Positions 1-9,496 of a stretch of DNA of 64,000 nt are shown here, piece after piece (position 1 is the first letter of the stretch; every line of letters starts with the position of its first letter). Location of the stretch: positions 775,741 to 839,740 of the forward strand of contig OZ241978.1 in assembly GCA_965204175.1 (NCBI GenBank), read 5' to 3'. Source of the DNA: Vicinamibacterales bacterium (lineage in GTDB: Bacteria > Acidobacteriota > Vicinamibacteria > Vicinamibacterales > UBA8438). The position numbers and the translations under genes are program-made. The notes beneath the pieces were generated by a model. It had not been told where the DNA came from, did not search any database, and saw only the letters and a list, made by a program, of their open reading frames with translations.

Positions 1-2838
1 GAGGCGGCGCTGGCGCTGGCCGCATCCGGCGGCGCGGCGGATTCCGATGTGCGCTTCGTCGAGGTGGGCCGGGCCGTCGGGGCGCGCCTCGTGGCGGGCG
101 GCGGTTACCAGCGCGTCGGCGACCGGATGCGTATCACGGCGCGGCTGATCGACGCGCGAAACGGGGCGACCGTAGGCGCGACGGTGGTGGACGGGGCCGT
201 CGACGAGCTGTTCGCGCTTCAGGATCGCGTAGCGGCGGAATTGCTCGCCTTTGCGGATGCGCACGACGGACCGGGTTCTGCGCGTGTTGCGCGGGGAACG
301 GGCCGGCCCGCGGGAGCGACGGCCTTCGGTGAAGGATCGTTCCAGACAGGCGCGCCGCTCGGGCGCAGACCCGCCGAACCCTTCAGCGCGCGAGCCGCGG
401 GCGAGGTCGTCACCCCGGCGGTGCGGGAACGAACCGGGGGCGATTCGGACGGGCCGGCCGGAATGGTCGCGTCGCGGCCCGCGGAAGCGTCGCGGCCCGC
501 GGCGGAAACGGTAGCGCCACGGCCGGCAGGCGCAGCGGCGTTTCCGTCCGCCGGCGTGGCCGGCTTCGAGACCGCGCGCGCCGCCCCCGGGTTCATAGAC
601 GGGCCGCCGCCGCCGCTCGCGCCGGACGTCATCCGCCGCGACGAGGCGCGGCGCGCCACGATCCGCGCCGTCGAGGTGGAAGCTCCGATCCGGCTCGACG
701 GACAGCTCGACGAGCGCGTCTACTACACGGTACCGGCCATCACCGGCTTCATCCAGCAGGCGCCCGACGAGGGCGCGCCCGCCACGGAGAAGACCGAGGC
801 CTGGATTCTGTTCGACGCGGACAACATCTACGTCGCGGGCCGCATCTGGGACTCGGCGCCGCCGAGCCAGTGGGTGGCCAACGAGATGCGGCGCGACACG
901 CGCCAACTCCGCCAGAACGACACCTTCGCCGTCATTCTGGATACCTTCTACGACCGCCGCAACGCGGTGGCGTTCTACACCAATCCCCTCGGCGCGATCG
1001 CCGATTTCCAGATCACCAACGAGGGCAATCCGAACAGCGACTGGAACCCGGTCTGGGACGTCCGCACCGGGCGCTTCGAGGGCGGCTGGACCGTGGAGAT
1101 GGAGATCCCGTTCAAGTCGCTGCGCTATCGGCCGGGACCGTCGCAGATCTGGGGCGTGCAGCTCCGGCGCAACGTGCGGCGCAAGAACGAGTGGAACTAC
1201 ATCACGCCGCTGCCGATCTCGGCCGGGTCCGGACCGGGAGGGATCTTCCGCGTCTCGGACGCGGCGACGCTGGTCGGTCTCGACGCCCCGAGCGGCAGCA
1301 AGAACCTCGAGGTCAAGCCGTACGGCATCGGCGGCATCAGCACCAACCTCGCCGCATCGCCGCAGATACGCAACGCCCGCGACGGGAACGGCGGCCTCGA
1401 CGTGAAGTACGGCGTCACGCAGAACCTGACCGCCGACTTCACCGTCAACACCGACTTCGCGCAGGTCGAGGTGGACGAACAGCAGGTCAACCTGACCCGC
1501 TTCAACCTGTTCTTCCCCGAGAAGCGCGAGTTCTTCCTCGAGGGCCGCGGCATCTTCGACTTCGCGCGCGGCGGTTTCTCCGGCGGCTTCGGCGGTGCGC
1601 TGCGCCGCACCGGCGGCGGCTTCTTCGGCGGCGGCAACGCCCCGACCATCTTCTACAGCCGCCGGATCGGCCTGCAGAACGGCACGGTGGTGCCCATCGT
1701 GGGCGGCGGCCGGCTTACCGGCAAGATCGGCGCGTTCGACGTCGGCGCGTTGAACATCCAGACCGACGACGAGGTCCTGGCGGACGCGGAGATGACGAAC
1801 TTCACCGTGGTGCGCCTCAAGCGCGACCTCCTGCGCCGCAGCAGCCTCGGCGCGATCTTCACGAACCGGTCGCTGTCGCTCGTGGGCGACGGCTCCAGCC
1901 AGTCCTACGGCGCGGATGCGACGTTCTCCTTCTACGAGAACGTCAGCCTGCTGGGATACGCGGCGCGGACCCAGGTGCCGGATCCCGCGCGGCGGGGGGA
2001 CGACCTGAGCTACCAGGGGCGCTTCGACTACGGGGGCGACCGCTACGGCTTTCAGGCCGAGCACCTGCTGGTCGAGAAGAACTTCATCCCGGAGGTCGGC
2101 TTCCTCCGGCGCGACAACTTCCGCCGCAGCTACGCGCGGGCGCGGTTCAGCCCGCGGCCGCAGTCGCTGGCCAGCATCCGTCAGTTCCGGTTGGAAGGGA
2201 GCTACGACTACATCGAGACCGCCGATCTGGGAATCGTGGAGACCCGGCAGTCCCAACTCGGGTTCTCGACCGAGCTCGAGAACAGCGACCGGTTCGGCGT
2301 GTCGGTGGCGGAGAATTACGAGTTCCTCCACCGCGAGTTCACCCCGGGGCCGGACGACGTGGTCTTCCCGGTCGGCGGCTACAACTTCTTCGACGTCGAG
2401 GCCACCTGGTCGCCCGGCACCCAGCGCCGTCTGAACGGGACCTTCGCGGTGCTGGCCGGCGACTACTTCGACGGCAGCATCCGCACCGTCGCCTTCCGCC
2501 GCGGGCGCATGGAGGTGACCCAGCGGCTCTCGCTGGAGCCGAGCGTCTCGGTCAACTGGATCGACTCCCCGCACGGGTCGTTCCGCACGGACCTCGTCGT
2601 CTCGCGCGTGAACTGGACGTTCACGCCGCGGATGTTCTTCAGCGGGCTGATTCAGTACAACTCGAGCACGAACACGGTCAGCAACAACCTGCGGCTGCGC
2701 TGGGAGTACGCGCCCGGCAGCGAGCTGTTCGTCGTCTACACCGAGGATCGCGAAACCGATCCCCTGCGCCCGGACCGGTTCTCGGAGCTGCGCAACCGCG
2801 GCTTCGTGGTCAAGATGAACCGGCTGTTCCGCTTCTGA
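1..2838 (+). CDS. DUF5916 / CBM9-like outer-membrane-associated protein, 5' end outside window (TolB-N-like segment + low-complexity linker + DUF5916 body)
   Basis: Frame 1 is open from base 1 (track ORF 49..2838). The body carries strings I associate with the DUF5916 family (IRLDGQLDERVYY, AWILFDADNIYVAGRIWD, GWTVEMEIPFKSLRY). The C-terminus is aromatic (..MNRLFRF). The first ~60 aa (RITARLIDARNG..) resemble a TolB-N-like fold. Confidence 0.75.
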   Translation, partial: EAALALAASGGAADSDVRFVEVGRAVGARLVAGGGYQRVGDRMRITARLIDARNGATVGATVVDGAVDELFALQDRVAAELLAFADAHDGPGSARVARGTGRPAGATAFGEGSFQTGAPLGRRPAEPFSARAAGEVVTPAVRERTGGDSDGPAGMVASRPAEASRPAAETVAPRPAGAAAFPSAGVAGFETARAAPGFIDGPPPPLAPDVIRRDEARRATIRAVEVEAPIRLDGQLDERVYYTVPAITGFIQQAPDEGAPATEKTEAWILFDADNIYVAGRIWDSAPPSQWVANEMRRDTRQLRQNDTFAVILDTFYDRRNAVAFYTNPLGAIADFQITNEGNPNSDWNPVWDVRTGRFEGGWTVEMEIPFKSLRYRPGPSQIWGVQLRRNVRRKNEWNYITPLPISAGSGPGGIFRVSDAATLVGLDAPSGSKNLEVKPYGIGGISTNLAASPQIRNARDGNGGLDVKYGVTQNLTADFTVNTDFAQVEVDEQQVNLTRFNLFFPEKREFFLEGRGIFDFARGGFSGGFGGALRRTGGGFFGGGNAPTIFYSRRIGLQNGTVVPIVGGGRLTGKIGAFDVGALNIQTDDEVLADAEMTNFTVVRLKRDLLRRSSLGAIFTNRSLSLVGDGSSQSYGADATFSFYENVSLLGYAARTQVPDPARRGDDLSYQGRFDYGGDRYGFQAEHLLVEKNFIPEVGFLRRDNFRRSYARARFSPRPQSLASIRQFRLEGSYDYIETADLGIVETRQSQLGFSTELENSDRFGVSVAENYEFLHREFTPGPDDVVFPVGGYNFFDVEATWSPGTQRRLNGTFAVLAGDYFDGSIRTVAFRRGRMEVTQRLSLEPSVSVNWIDSPHGSFRTDLVVSRVNWTFTPRMFFSGLIQYNSSTNTVSNNLRLRWEYAPGSELFVVYTEDRETDPLRPDRFSELRNRGFVVKMNRLFRF

Positions 2839-2863
2839 GGCCGGGAATACGGCGCCGCCGTGC

Positions 2864-2884
2864 GGGGTCTGATCAACAGACCCC
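2864..2884 (+). terminator. Terminator-like hairpin after the DUF5916 gene
   Basis: Perfect 8-bp stem GGGGTCTG/CAGACCCC with 5-nt loop ATCAA, 26 nt after the stop at 2836-2838. There is no U-tract. Confidence 0.35.
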
Positions 2885-2901
2885 AGCGCTGGAGGAGCGC
2901 C

Positions 2902-3084
2902 ATGACCGCCGAGAAGTTCACGACCTGTACCGCCGGGATTCCGGATACCATGCTTCGACGCGCCATCGCCGCGGCGCTGGCCAACGGGGTTCCGCGGACG
3001 CCGGAGGAGTTTTCTCGCTTCCATGACGCCGTCGTGGACGAGCTCCGGTTTGCGATCTACCACCCGAGCGGGCGGGCGGCGTGA
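2902..3084 (+). CDS. Small hypothetical protein (60 aa)
   Basis: ATG at 2902 sits 4 nt after GGAGGAG (2891-2897). Third codon positions are mostly G/C, like neighbouring genes. It is the internal Met of track ORF 2860..3084. No family recognised. Confidence 0.4.
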   Translation: MTAEKFTTCTAGIPDTMLRRAIAAALANGVPRTPEEFSRFHDAVVDELRFAIYHPSGRAA

Positions 3085-3145
3085 GCGGAATCGACGTACT
3101 GAACGTCCAAGCGATCACGAGCGGCCACAGCCAAGGAGCCTCCGG

Positions 3146-3874
3146 ATGTCCAGTAGCAGCATGAAGAGCATCTCGGCCGGATTGATTGGCGCCGTCGCGC
3201 TCGGCGTTTTCCCGCCGGGAACCGCGGGTCGGGCGGCGGAGTCGGGTGCCGGCCAGGGCAACGAACAGGCGATCGCCGGGTCCTGGATCGTCAATGAGGA
3301 CCTGAGCGACGAGTTGCGGCCGCAGCCCGGCGGGGGCGACCGGGACGGCGGGCGGCGCGGCCCCGGCGGCTTCGGCGATCCCGGTTGGGGGCCGGGCGGC
3401 GGCTTCGGCGGTCGCGGCGGTTTCGGCGGGAGGGGTGGTTTCGGCGGCAGGGGCGGCGGCTTCGGCGGGTTCGACGGCGACCCGCGGCAGATGGCCCGGA
3501 TGCGGCAGGACATGCAGGAGGCGATGCGGGACCTGATGACCGCGCCGCGCAGGATGACGATTGTCGCGGACGAAGACGAGATAGTGCTGACCTACGACGA
3601 CCGGCGCGTCGTCCGGTTGATCCCGGACGGCCGGGAACACGCGGGGCTTGCCGGCACGAGCGCACGGGTCACCCGCCGGACGCGGTGGCGCGGCGCGAGA
3701 CTGGAGGCCGAGATCGAGCTGCAGTCGCGGATGGAGCTGCGCGTACGCCAGGCCTACGAGGTTCGGACCACCGAGTTCGGCGATCGCCAATTGATCGTGA
3801 CGACGCGCATCGACGGCGGTCGCCGGGGCCGCGACCGCGAGCTGCGGCGGGTCTACGACGCCGAGTATCGCTAG
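3146..3874 (+). CDS. Secreted hypothetical protein with (G)GFGGRG repeat block
   Basis: ATG at 3146 is preceded by AAGGAG (3133-3138). N-terminal signal-like MSSSSMKSISAGLIGAVALGV. Central GGFGGRGGFGGRGGFGGRGGGFGGF repeat, then a normal-composition C-terminal domain. Confidence 0.65.
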   Translation: MSSSSMKSISAGLIGAVALGVFPPGTAGRAAESGAGQGNEQAIAGSWIVNEDLSDELRPQPGGGDRDGGRRGPGGFGDPGWGPGGGFGGRGGFGGRGGFGGRGGGFGGFDGDPRQMARMRQDMQEAMRDLMTAPRRMTIVADEDEIVLTYDDRRVVRLIPDGREHAGLAGTSARVTRRTRWRGARLEAEIELQSRMELRVRQAYEVRTTEFGDRQLIVTTRIDGGRRGRDRELRRVYDAEYR

Positions 3875-3944
3875 CAGTCTGCCCGGACGGCGTAAACGAA
3901 TGTGGCGTGCCGGGGCGTCTTCGACACCAGGATCCGACGAACAA

Positions 3945-5627
3945 ATGCCCAGATTCCTCGCCGCCTTCCTTCTCGTCGCCGTGGGCGCCGCCGGCGTTCT
4001 CGTCTACCAGCGCGTAATGCCCGCGGGCGAGGCGGGTCCGGGGCGGCCCGGCGGGGGACCGCCCGGCGGGTTCCGGCCGGGTGGCGGCCGCGGCGCGTTC
4101 GGCGCGCAGCCGATGCGCGTGAACGTTGCGGGGGTTACGCGGGCCGACATCGCCGAGCAACTCCAGATCGTCGGCAACCTGACCGGCGCGGCGAGCGTCG
4201 AGGTGGCGCCGAAGATCAACGGCCGCCTGCGGGAGGTCGATCTGCGGCTGGGCGATCCGGTGACGCGCGGGCAGGAGGTGGCGCGGGTCGAGGACGACGA
4301 GCTCCGCCAGCAGGTGAGCCAGGCCGAGGCGTCGTATGAGGTGGGGCGGGCGACCGTCCGCCAGCGCGAGGCCGACCTGGTGCTGGCGCAGACCACCCGC
4401 GATCGGTCGCAGAGCCTGTTCTCCCGCGCGCTGGTGTCGCGCCAGGAGCTCGACGACGCCGAGGCGCGCTACCAGGCGGCCAATGCGCAGCTCGATCTCG
4501 CCCGCGCGCAGTTCGACGAGGCCGGCGCCCGTCTCGAGGAGTTGCGCATCAACCTGGAGAACACGGTCATGGTGTCGCCGGTCGACGGCTTCATCGGCCG
4601 GCGCTATCTCGATCCGGGCGCGTATGTGACGTCGAACACCGCGGTGGTGTCCGTGGTCGACATCAGCCTCGTGCGCCTGGTGGCGAACTTGGTCGAACGA
4701 GACCTGCAACTGGTCGAGCAGGGCGTACGGGCACGCATCGAGGTCGATGCGTTTCCGTCCGAGTCGTTCGATGGCCGCGTGGCGCGCATCGCTCCGGTCC
4801 TGGATCCGGCGACCCGCACCGCGGAGATCGAGATCGAGGTTCCCAACCCGGACTTCCGGTTGAAACCCGGGATGTACGCGCGCGTCAGCCTCGTCGTCGG
4901 CAACAAGAGCCAGGCGCTGGTGGTGCCGCGCGAGGCCGTGGTGATCCGCACTTCCGCCCGCGGCGTGTTCCGGGTGGAGGCGGGTGGCGGCGCGCCGACG
5001 GCGCAGTTCGTCTCCCTGGTCACCGGGCTGGAGGACGAGCACTATGTCGAGGTGGTGGAAGGCCTGTCGGAAGGCGAACGGGTGGTGACCACGGGCGCAG
5101 CGGGTCTACAGCACGGCGATCCGATTCTGCTGGCGGACGCGGGCAGGCCCGGCGGGGGGCCAGCCGGACGGGGCGGCCCGGCCGGACTAGGCGGGCGTCC
5201 CGGACGAGGCGGACCGCCCGGAGCGATCTCTGACGGTGGTGTGCCGCCGGGCGCCTTCCCTGGCCGCGGTACGGGACGGCCGGGCGCATCGGGGCGGCGG
5301 GGTGAGCCGCCCGGCGCCGTTCCTGGTGCCGACGCGCCGTTCGCGGCTGTCGCCGATCCGGCCGCGCGGCCTGGCGGTGGTCCCGACGGTGCCGCGGTGT
5401 CCACCGGCGCTCCCGCGGGCGTTATCGCGGGAGGTGGCGCGCCCGGAGCCGCCGGCGCGGGGCAGTCGGCGCCGGCCGGGATTCCCGTGCCCGCCCCTCG
5501 GAACACCGTGCTCGAAGCGCTGGGCATCGCGCCCTCGCCGCCGCCCGATGCCGCGGTCGGCCGTCAACCGCCGCCTGACGCCTCCGGGAGACGGAACCCG
5601 GTACAACGCCCCGCGCCGGCGCGCTGA
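3945..5627 (+). CDS. RND efflux periplasmic adaptor (HlyD/MFP family) with long Gly/Pro-rich C-terminal tail
   Basis: MPRFLAAFLLVAVGAAGVLVY anchor. Coiled-coil hairpin region (QAEASYEVGRATVRQREADL..DDAEARYQAANAQLDLARAQFDEAGARLEEL), then a beta-barrel/MP-proximal region (IVSPVDGFIGRR.., FPSESFDGRVARIAP). Sits immediately upstream of the RND pump. Confidence 0.85.
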   Translation: MPRFLAAFLLVAVGAAGVLVYQRVMPAGEAGPGRPGGGPPGGFRPGGGRGAFGAQPMRVNVAGVTRADIAEQLQIVGNLTGAASVEVAPKINGRLREVDLRLGDPVTRGQEVARVEDDELRQQVSQAEASYEVGRATVRQREADLVLAQTTRDRSQSLFSRALVSRQELDDAEARYQAANAQLDLARAQFDEAGARLEELRINLENTVMVSPVDGFIGRRYLDPGAYVTSNTAVVSVVDISLVRLVANLVERDLQLVEQGVRARIEVDAFPSESFDGRVARIAPVLDPATRTAEIEIEVPNPDFRLKPGMYARVSLVVGNKSQALVVPREAVVIRTSARGVFRVEAGGGAPTAQFVSLVTGLEDEHYVEVVEGLSEGERVVTTGAAGLQHGDPILLADAGRPGGGPAGRGGPAGLGGRPGRGGPPGAISDGGVPPGAFPGRGTGRPGASGRRGEPPGAVPGADAPFAAVADPAARPGGGPDGAAVSTGAPAGVIAGGGAPGAAGAGQSAPAGIPVPAPRNTVLEALGIAPSPPPDAAVGRQPPPDASGRRNPVQRPAPAR

Positions 5628-5666
5628 TCGACTTCATCGACCGGTACCGCCCGAATTGGAGCCGTC

Positions 5667-8600
5667 ATGAGCCTGCCCAGACTTGCCGTCCGCCGCCCGG
5701 TCACGATGTCGATGATGAGCATCTCCATCGTGCTGATCGGCATCGTGGCGCTGTCCCGCCTGCCGGTCGACCTGATGCCCGACGTGACGTTTCCGAGCCT
5801 GACCGTCACGGTCAGCTATCCGGACGTCGGGCCGCTGGAGATGGAGGAGCTCGTCACCCGGCCCCTCGAGCAGACCGTGGCCGCCATCGCGGGGCTCGAG
5901 GAGGTGGTTTCCACCTCCCAGGAGGGGCAGAGCCAGCTTCGGCTGAACTTCGACTGGGGGACCGACCTGAACGAGGCGGCGGACGATCTCCGGTCGCGGA
6001 TCGATCGCATGCGGGGGCGGCTGCCCGAGGATGCCGAGCCGCCGGTCATCTTCAAGTTCGACGCGGCCAACGCTCCGATCATGTTCCTGGGTCTCGAGGG
6101 CGATCTGACGCCGGTGGCGCTGCGCGAGATGGCCGAGAACGATCTCTCGCCGCGCCTGGAGCGCGTGCCCGGGGTGGCCACGGTGACCGTGCGCGGCGGC
6201 CTGCGCCGCCAGATCCGGGTCGAGCTGGCCAAGGACCGGATCACCGCTCTCGACCTCGCCGTGAACGAGGTCATCGACCTGCTGCGGATCGAGAACCAGA
6301 ACGTGCCGATCGGCGAGCTCGACGACGGCGACATGACCTACCTGTTGCGCAGTCCCGGGCAGTTCGCGAACCTCGACGACATCCGCAACGTGGTGGTCAT
6401 GACCCGCGGCGGCGTGCCGGTGTACATGCGCGACATCGCGGTGGTGAGCGACGGCACGGAGGACCAGGAGGAGCTGATCCGCATCAACGGACGGACCGCC
6501 GTCCAGATGATGATCAGCAAGCAGTCGGGGCGCAACACCGTGGAGGTCGCGCGGGCCGTGCGCACCGAGATCGACCGCATCAACACCGAGATGCCGGCGG
6601 TCCGGCTCTCCACCCGGATGGACTCGGCGATCTTCGTCGAGCGCTCGATAAACGCCGTCCGCAACGTCGTGCTGTGGGGCGCCATGCTGGTCATCGTGGT
6701 GCTGTTCGCGTTCCTGCGCAACGTCAGGACGACCCTCATCATCTGCACCGCCATCCCGATCTCCATCATCGGCACGTTCGCGCTGGTCTACTTCGCCGGC
6801 TTCACGCTCAACACGCTGACGTTCGGGGGACTCGCGCTCGGCGTCGGCATGATCGTCGACGCCTCGATCGTCGTGCTGGAGAACACCTTCCGGCACATGG
6901 AGGGAGGCAAGGACAGGATCACCGCCAGCGTGGATGGGACCGAGGAGGTCAGCGGGGCCATCGTCGCCTCGACCCTCACGCAGGTGGCGGTGTTCCTGCC
7001 GCTGCTCTTCCTGACCGGGGTGTCGAGCATCGTCTTCGGCCAGTTGGCGGTCGTGGTGATGATCGCGCTGGCGATGTCGCTGTTCGTGGCGGTGACGCTC
7101 GTGCCGGTGATGACGTCGCGCCTGCTGCGGCTGCCGCCGCCCGCGGACCAGCGGACGGGGGCCTACGGCCGGTTCCTGACGCTGAGCGAACGAGCCCTCG
7201 AGCGGCTGGACGAGCTCTACCAGAGAGGAATCCATCACGCGCTGGCCCACCGGCCCACGGTGCTCGTGGTCGCGGGCGTCCTCGTCTGGCTGACGGTGAT
7301 GCTGGCGCCGACCATCCCGGTCGAGCTGACCCCGGAGGTGGACGAGGGCGAGGTGCGCATCTCCGCCGAGCTGCCGATCGGGACCCGCTTCGAGCGGACG
7401 CGCGACGTGATGCTGGAGCTGGAGAACCGCATCCGGGCCGAGGTGCCCGAGGCGGTCAACATCACGAATCAGGTCGGCGGCGGGCGCGGCCCGTTCGGCG
7501 GCGGGTCCAGCCACCGCGGCTCGATGACCGTCACCCTGCTGGACAAGACCGAGCGGGAGCGGTCGAGCAACGAGATCGCCATGGCGCTGCGGCGCTCGCT
7601 GAACACCGTTCCCGGCGCCATCGTCCGGGCGCGGGCCTCCGGGGGCAACCGGATGATGACGCGGCTGATGCGCAGCGGCTCCGGCGACGACGCGCGGCTG
7701 GCGCTGGAAATCCGCGGCCACGACCTCGACGACGCCCGCCGGGTCTCGGAGCGGGCCATGGCCGTCATGAACACCACCGAAGGGGTCGCGGACGCGGAGA
7801 TGGCGTCCGAGCAGGGCCGGCCGGAGCTGGCCATTCAGGTCGATCGCGCCAAGGCCGCGCTGCTCGGCCTGCGCGTGTCGCAGGTCGCCGACGCGCTGCG
7901 CACCGGCGTGGCCGGCACCGAGGCCGCCTTCTACCGCGAGCGGGGCGACGAGTATCCCATCGTCGTGCGCCTGCGCGAGGAGGACCGGCTGCGGACGATG
8001 GACATCAACGACGTCCCGCTGAGCACGCCCGGGGGCATGGTCATCCCGGCGCGCACCGTGATCGCGGTGCGCGCCGAGTCCGGTCCGGAGCAGATCGAGC
8101 GCAAGAACCAGGAGCGGATCGTCCGCGTGAACGCGGAGATCGAGACGACGCTGAGCGAGGCGGTCACCGCCGTCAACGCGCGGATCCCCGAGATGGAGGC
8201 GCCGACCGATTTCTCCGTGGGCTTCGGGGCCGAGGTCGAGGAGCAGGCGCGGTCCTTCGGGCAGATGCAGCTCGTCCTGATCCTGGCGATGTTCCTCGTC
8301 TATGCCGTGATGGCGGCGCAGTTCGAGTCGCTGCGCGACCCGTTCATCATCCTGCTCTCGATCCCGCTGGCCGGCATCGGCATCGTTGCGTCGCTGCTCG
8401 TCACCGGAACGCCGTTCAGCCTCCAGGCGTTCATGGGGGTCATCGTGCTCGGCGGGCTCGTCGTCAACAACGCCATCCTGCTCGTCGACTACACCAACAT
8501 CCTGCGCCGCCGCGACGGCATGTCGCTGCGCGCGGCGGTGGAGCGGGCGGGGCGCACACGGCTGCGCCCGATCCTGATGACCACGTCGACGACGCTGCTC

Positions 8601-8789
8601 GGCATGGTGCCGATGGCCCTCGGCATAGGCGAGGGCTCCGAGCTGCAGGCGCCGCTTGCGCGGGTCATCATCGGCGGGCTGCTGTCGTCGACCCTGGTGA
8701 CCCTGGTCGTGGTGCCGGTCGTCTATACGCTGTTCGAGGAGGGGTTGCAGGGCATCCTGCGCCGGCCGGGCGTGGCGCCTGCCTCGTGA
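5667..8789 (+). CDS. RND family efflux transporter permease (AcrB/CzcA-like, 1040 aa)
   Basis: GGAG sits 5 nt upstream of the ATG. Typical AcrB-like N-terminus (RLAVRRPVTMSMMSISIVLIGIVALSRLPVDLMPDVTFPSLTV). 12-TM pattern with two large periplasmic loops. Confidence 0.95.
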   Translation: MSLPRLAVRRPVTMSMMSISIVLIGIVALSRLPVDLMPDVTFPSLTVTVSYPDVGPLEMEELVTRPLEQTVAAIAGLEEVVSTSQEGQSQLRLNFDWGTDLNEAADDLRSRIDRMRGRLPEDAEPPVIFKFDAANAPIMFLGLEGDLTPVALREMAENDLSPRLERVPGVATVTVRGGLRRQIRVELAKDRITALDLAVNEVIDLLRIENQNVPIGELDDGDMTYLLRSPGQFANLDDIRNVVVMTRGGVPVYMRDIAVVSDGTEDQEELIRINGRTAVQMMISKQSGRNTVEVARAVRTEIDRINTEMPAVRLSTRMDSAIFVERSINAVRNVVLWGAMLVIVVLFAFLRNVRTTLIICTAIPISIIGTFALVYFAGFTLNTLTFGGLALGVGMIVDASIVVLENTFRHMEGGKDRITASVDGTEEVSGAIVASTLTQVAVFLPLLFLTGVSSIVFGQLAVVVMIALAMSLFVAVTLVPVMTSRLLRLPPPADQRTGAYGRFLTLSERALERLDELYQRGIHHALAHRPTVLVVAGVLVWLTVMLAPTIPVELTPEVDEGEVRISAELPIGTRFERTRDVMLELENRIRAEVPEAVNITNQVGGGRGPFGGGSSHRGSMTVTLLDKTERERSSNEIAMALRRSLNTVPGAIVRARASGGNRMMTRLMRSGSGDDARLALEIRGHDLDDARRVSERAMAVMNTTEGVADAEMASEQGRPELAIQVDRAKAALLGLRVSQVADALRTGVAGTEAAFYRERGDEYPIVVRLREEDRLRTMDINDVPLSTPGGMVIPARTVIAVRAESGPEQIERKNQERIVRVNAEIETTLSEAVTAVNARIPEMEAPTDFSVGFGAEVEEQARSFGQMQLVLILAMFLVYAVMAAQFESLRDPFIILLSIPLAGIGIVASLLVTGTPFSLQAFMGVIVLGGLVVNNAILLVDYTNILRRRDGMSLRAAVERAGRTRLRPILMTTSTTLLGMVPMALGIGEGSELQAPLARVIIGGLLSSTLVTLVVVPVVYTLFEEGLQGILRRPGVAPAS

Positions 8790-9106
8790 GGAGAGGCCGC
8801 CGCTGGCCCTCGTTCCCGCGCGATGATCTCAATGCGGTCCATGGCGTCCGGTTCATCGTCATGGCGGTACTCGGTGAGTTCGCCGATCGTCTTCACGCTC
8901 CCGACGCCGATGAGCACGCGCCGGCCAGTGTCTTCGACGAACGGAACCTGCTTTACATAGAAAAACACCAGCGACTGTTGGGGCTTCACATGGCGCCAGA
9001 AGCAGTCGAGCAACTTCGGGTCCTTGCAGACGGAGCCGTTCCAGCCGTTGTCATGCCACGGTACCCGAACGGAAACATGGCGGAGTGGATACGAGAGGTC
9101 GGACAT
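8723..9106 (-). pseudogene. N-terminal remnant (~100 aa) of a larger gene, running antisense into the RND 3' end
   Basis: Starts MSDLSYPLRHVSVRVPWHDNGWNGSVCKDPKLLDCFW..LVFFYVKQVPFVEDTGRRVLIGVGSV. Coding-like composition stops near 8800-8850, and the last ~22 codons are simply antisense of the RND gene end (8789). The region is lower in GC than its surroundings. Confidence 0.5.
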
Positions 9107-9109
9107 GGA

Positions 9110-9496
9110 TCAGTAGGGAGCCTCGAGTCCCTTGAACATCGGAAAGTGCTTCAGGTTGGTCGTCTTGAGCTCGGCATCGAGCTCCTGGGCCAGCGCGGCC
9201 ACGATGAGGTCAGCCGCCTCGATGTCCGGATGCGAACGCAGGTAGCGTCGTCCCAGCGCGCCGGCAGCTTCCGAGACCGACTCGTCGACCTCGACCCACG
9301 ATACCAGGCGCAGGAGATCGCGCGTCGCTCGCTCCTCGTCCGCGCGCATCCCCGTCAACAGCTCCGTCCGGACGATGCAGGAGCTCCACAGTTCGTCGCC
9401 GCGGGCGATGGCCTCGGGAATGAGCAGGGTCGCGGCCGGCGGCCTGTCCCGCAGATGATCGATGAGCACCGACGTGTCGAGCACGAGTCGTTTCAC
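9110..9496 (-). CDS. vapC: PIN-domain toxin VapC
   Basis: GTG start at 9496 overlaps the antitoxin stop (GTGA). Sequence VKRLVLDTSVLIDHL..CIVRTELLTG..EAADLIVAALAQELDAELKTTNLKHF carries the PIN acidic-residue pattern. Confidence 0.85.
   Translation of the reverse strand: MKRLVLDTSVLIDHLRDRPPAATLLIPEAIARGDELWSSCIVRTELLTGMRADEERATRDLLRLVSWVEVDESVSEAAGALGRRYLRSHPDIEAADLIVAALAQELDAELKTTNLKHFPMFKGLEAPY

Noticed and set aside
3115-3513. Proline-rich minus-strand ORF (PPKPPLPPKPP...)
   Set aside because: It is the reverse complement of the GGFGGRGG repeat in the signal-peptide-bearing plus-strand gene, so it is an artefact of the repeat.
5634-7721. 695-aa minus-strand ORF
   Set aside because: It lies entirely antisense to the RND permease, which has unambiguous family motifs. 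Its translation is Arg/Asp/His/Gly/Pro-rich with no motifs, which is the typical shadow ORF of GC-rich DNA.
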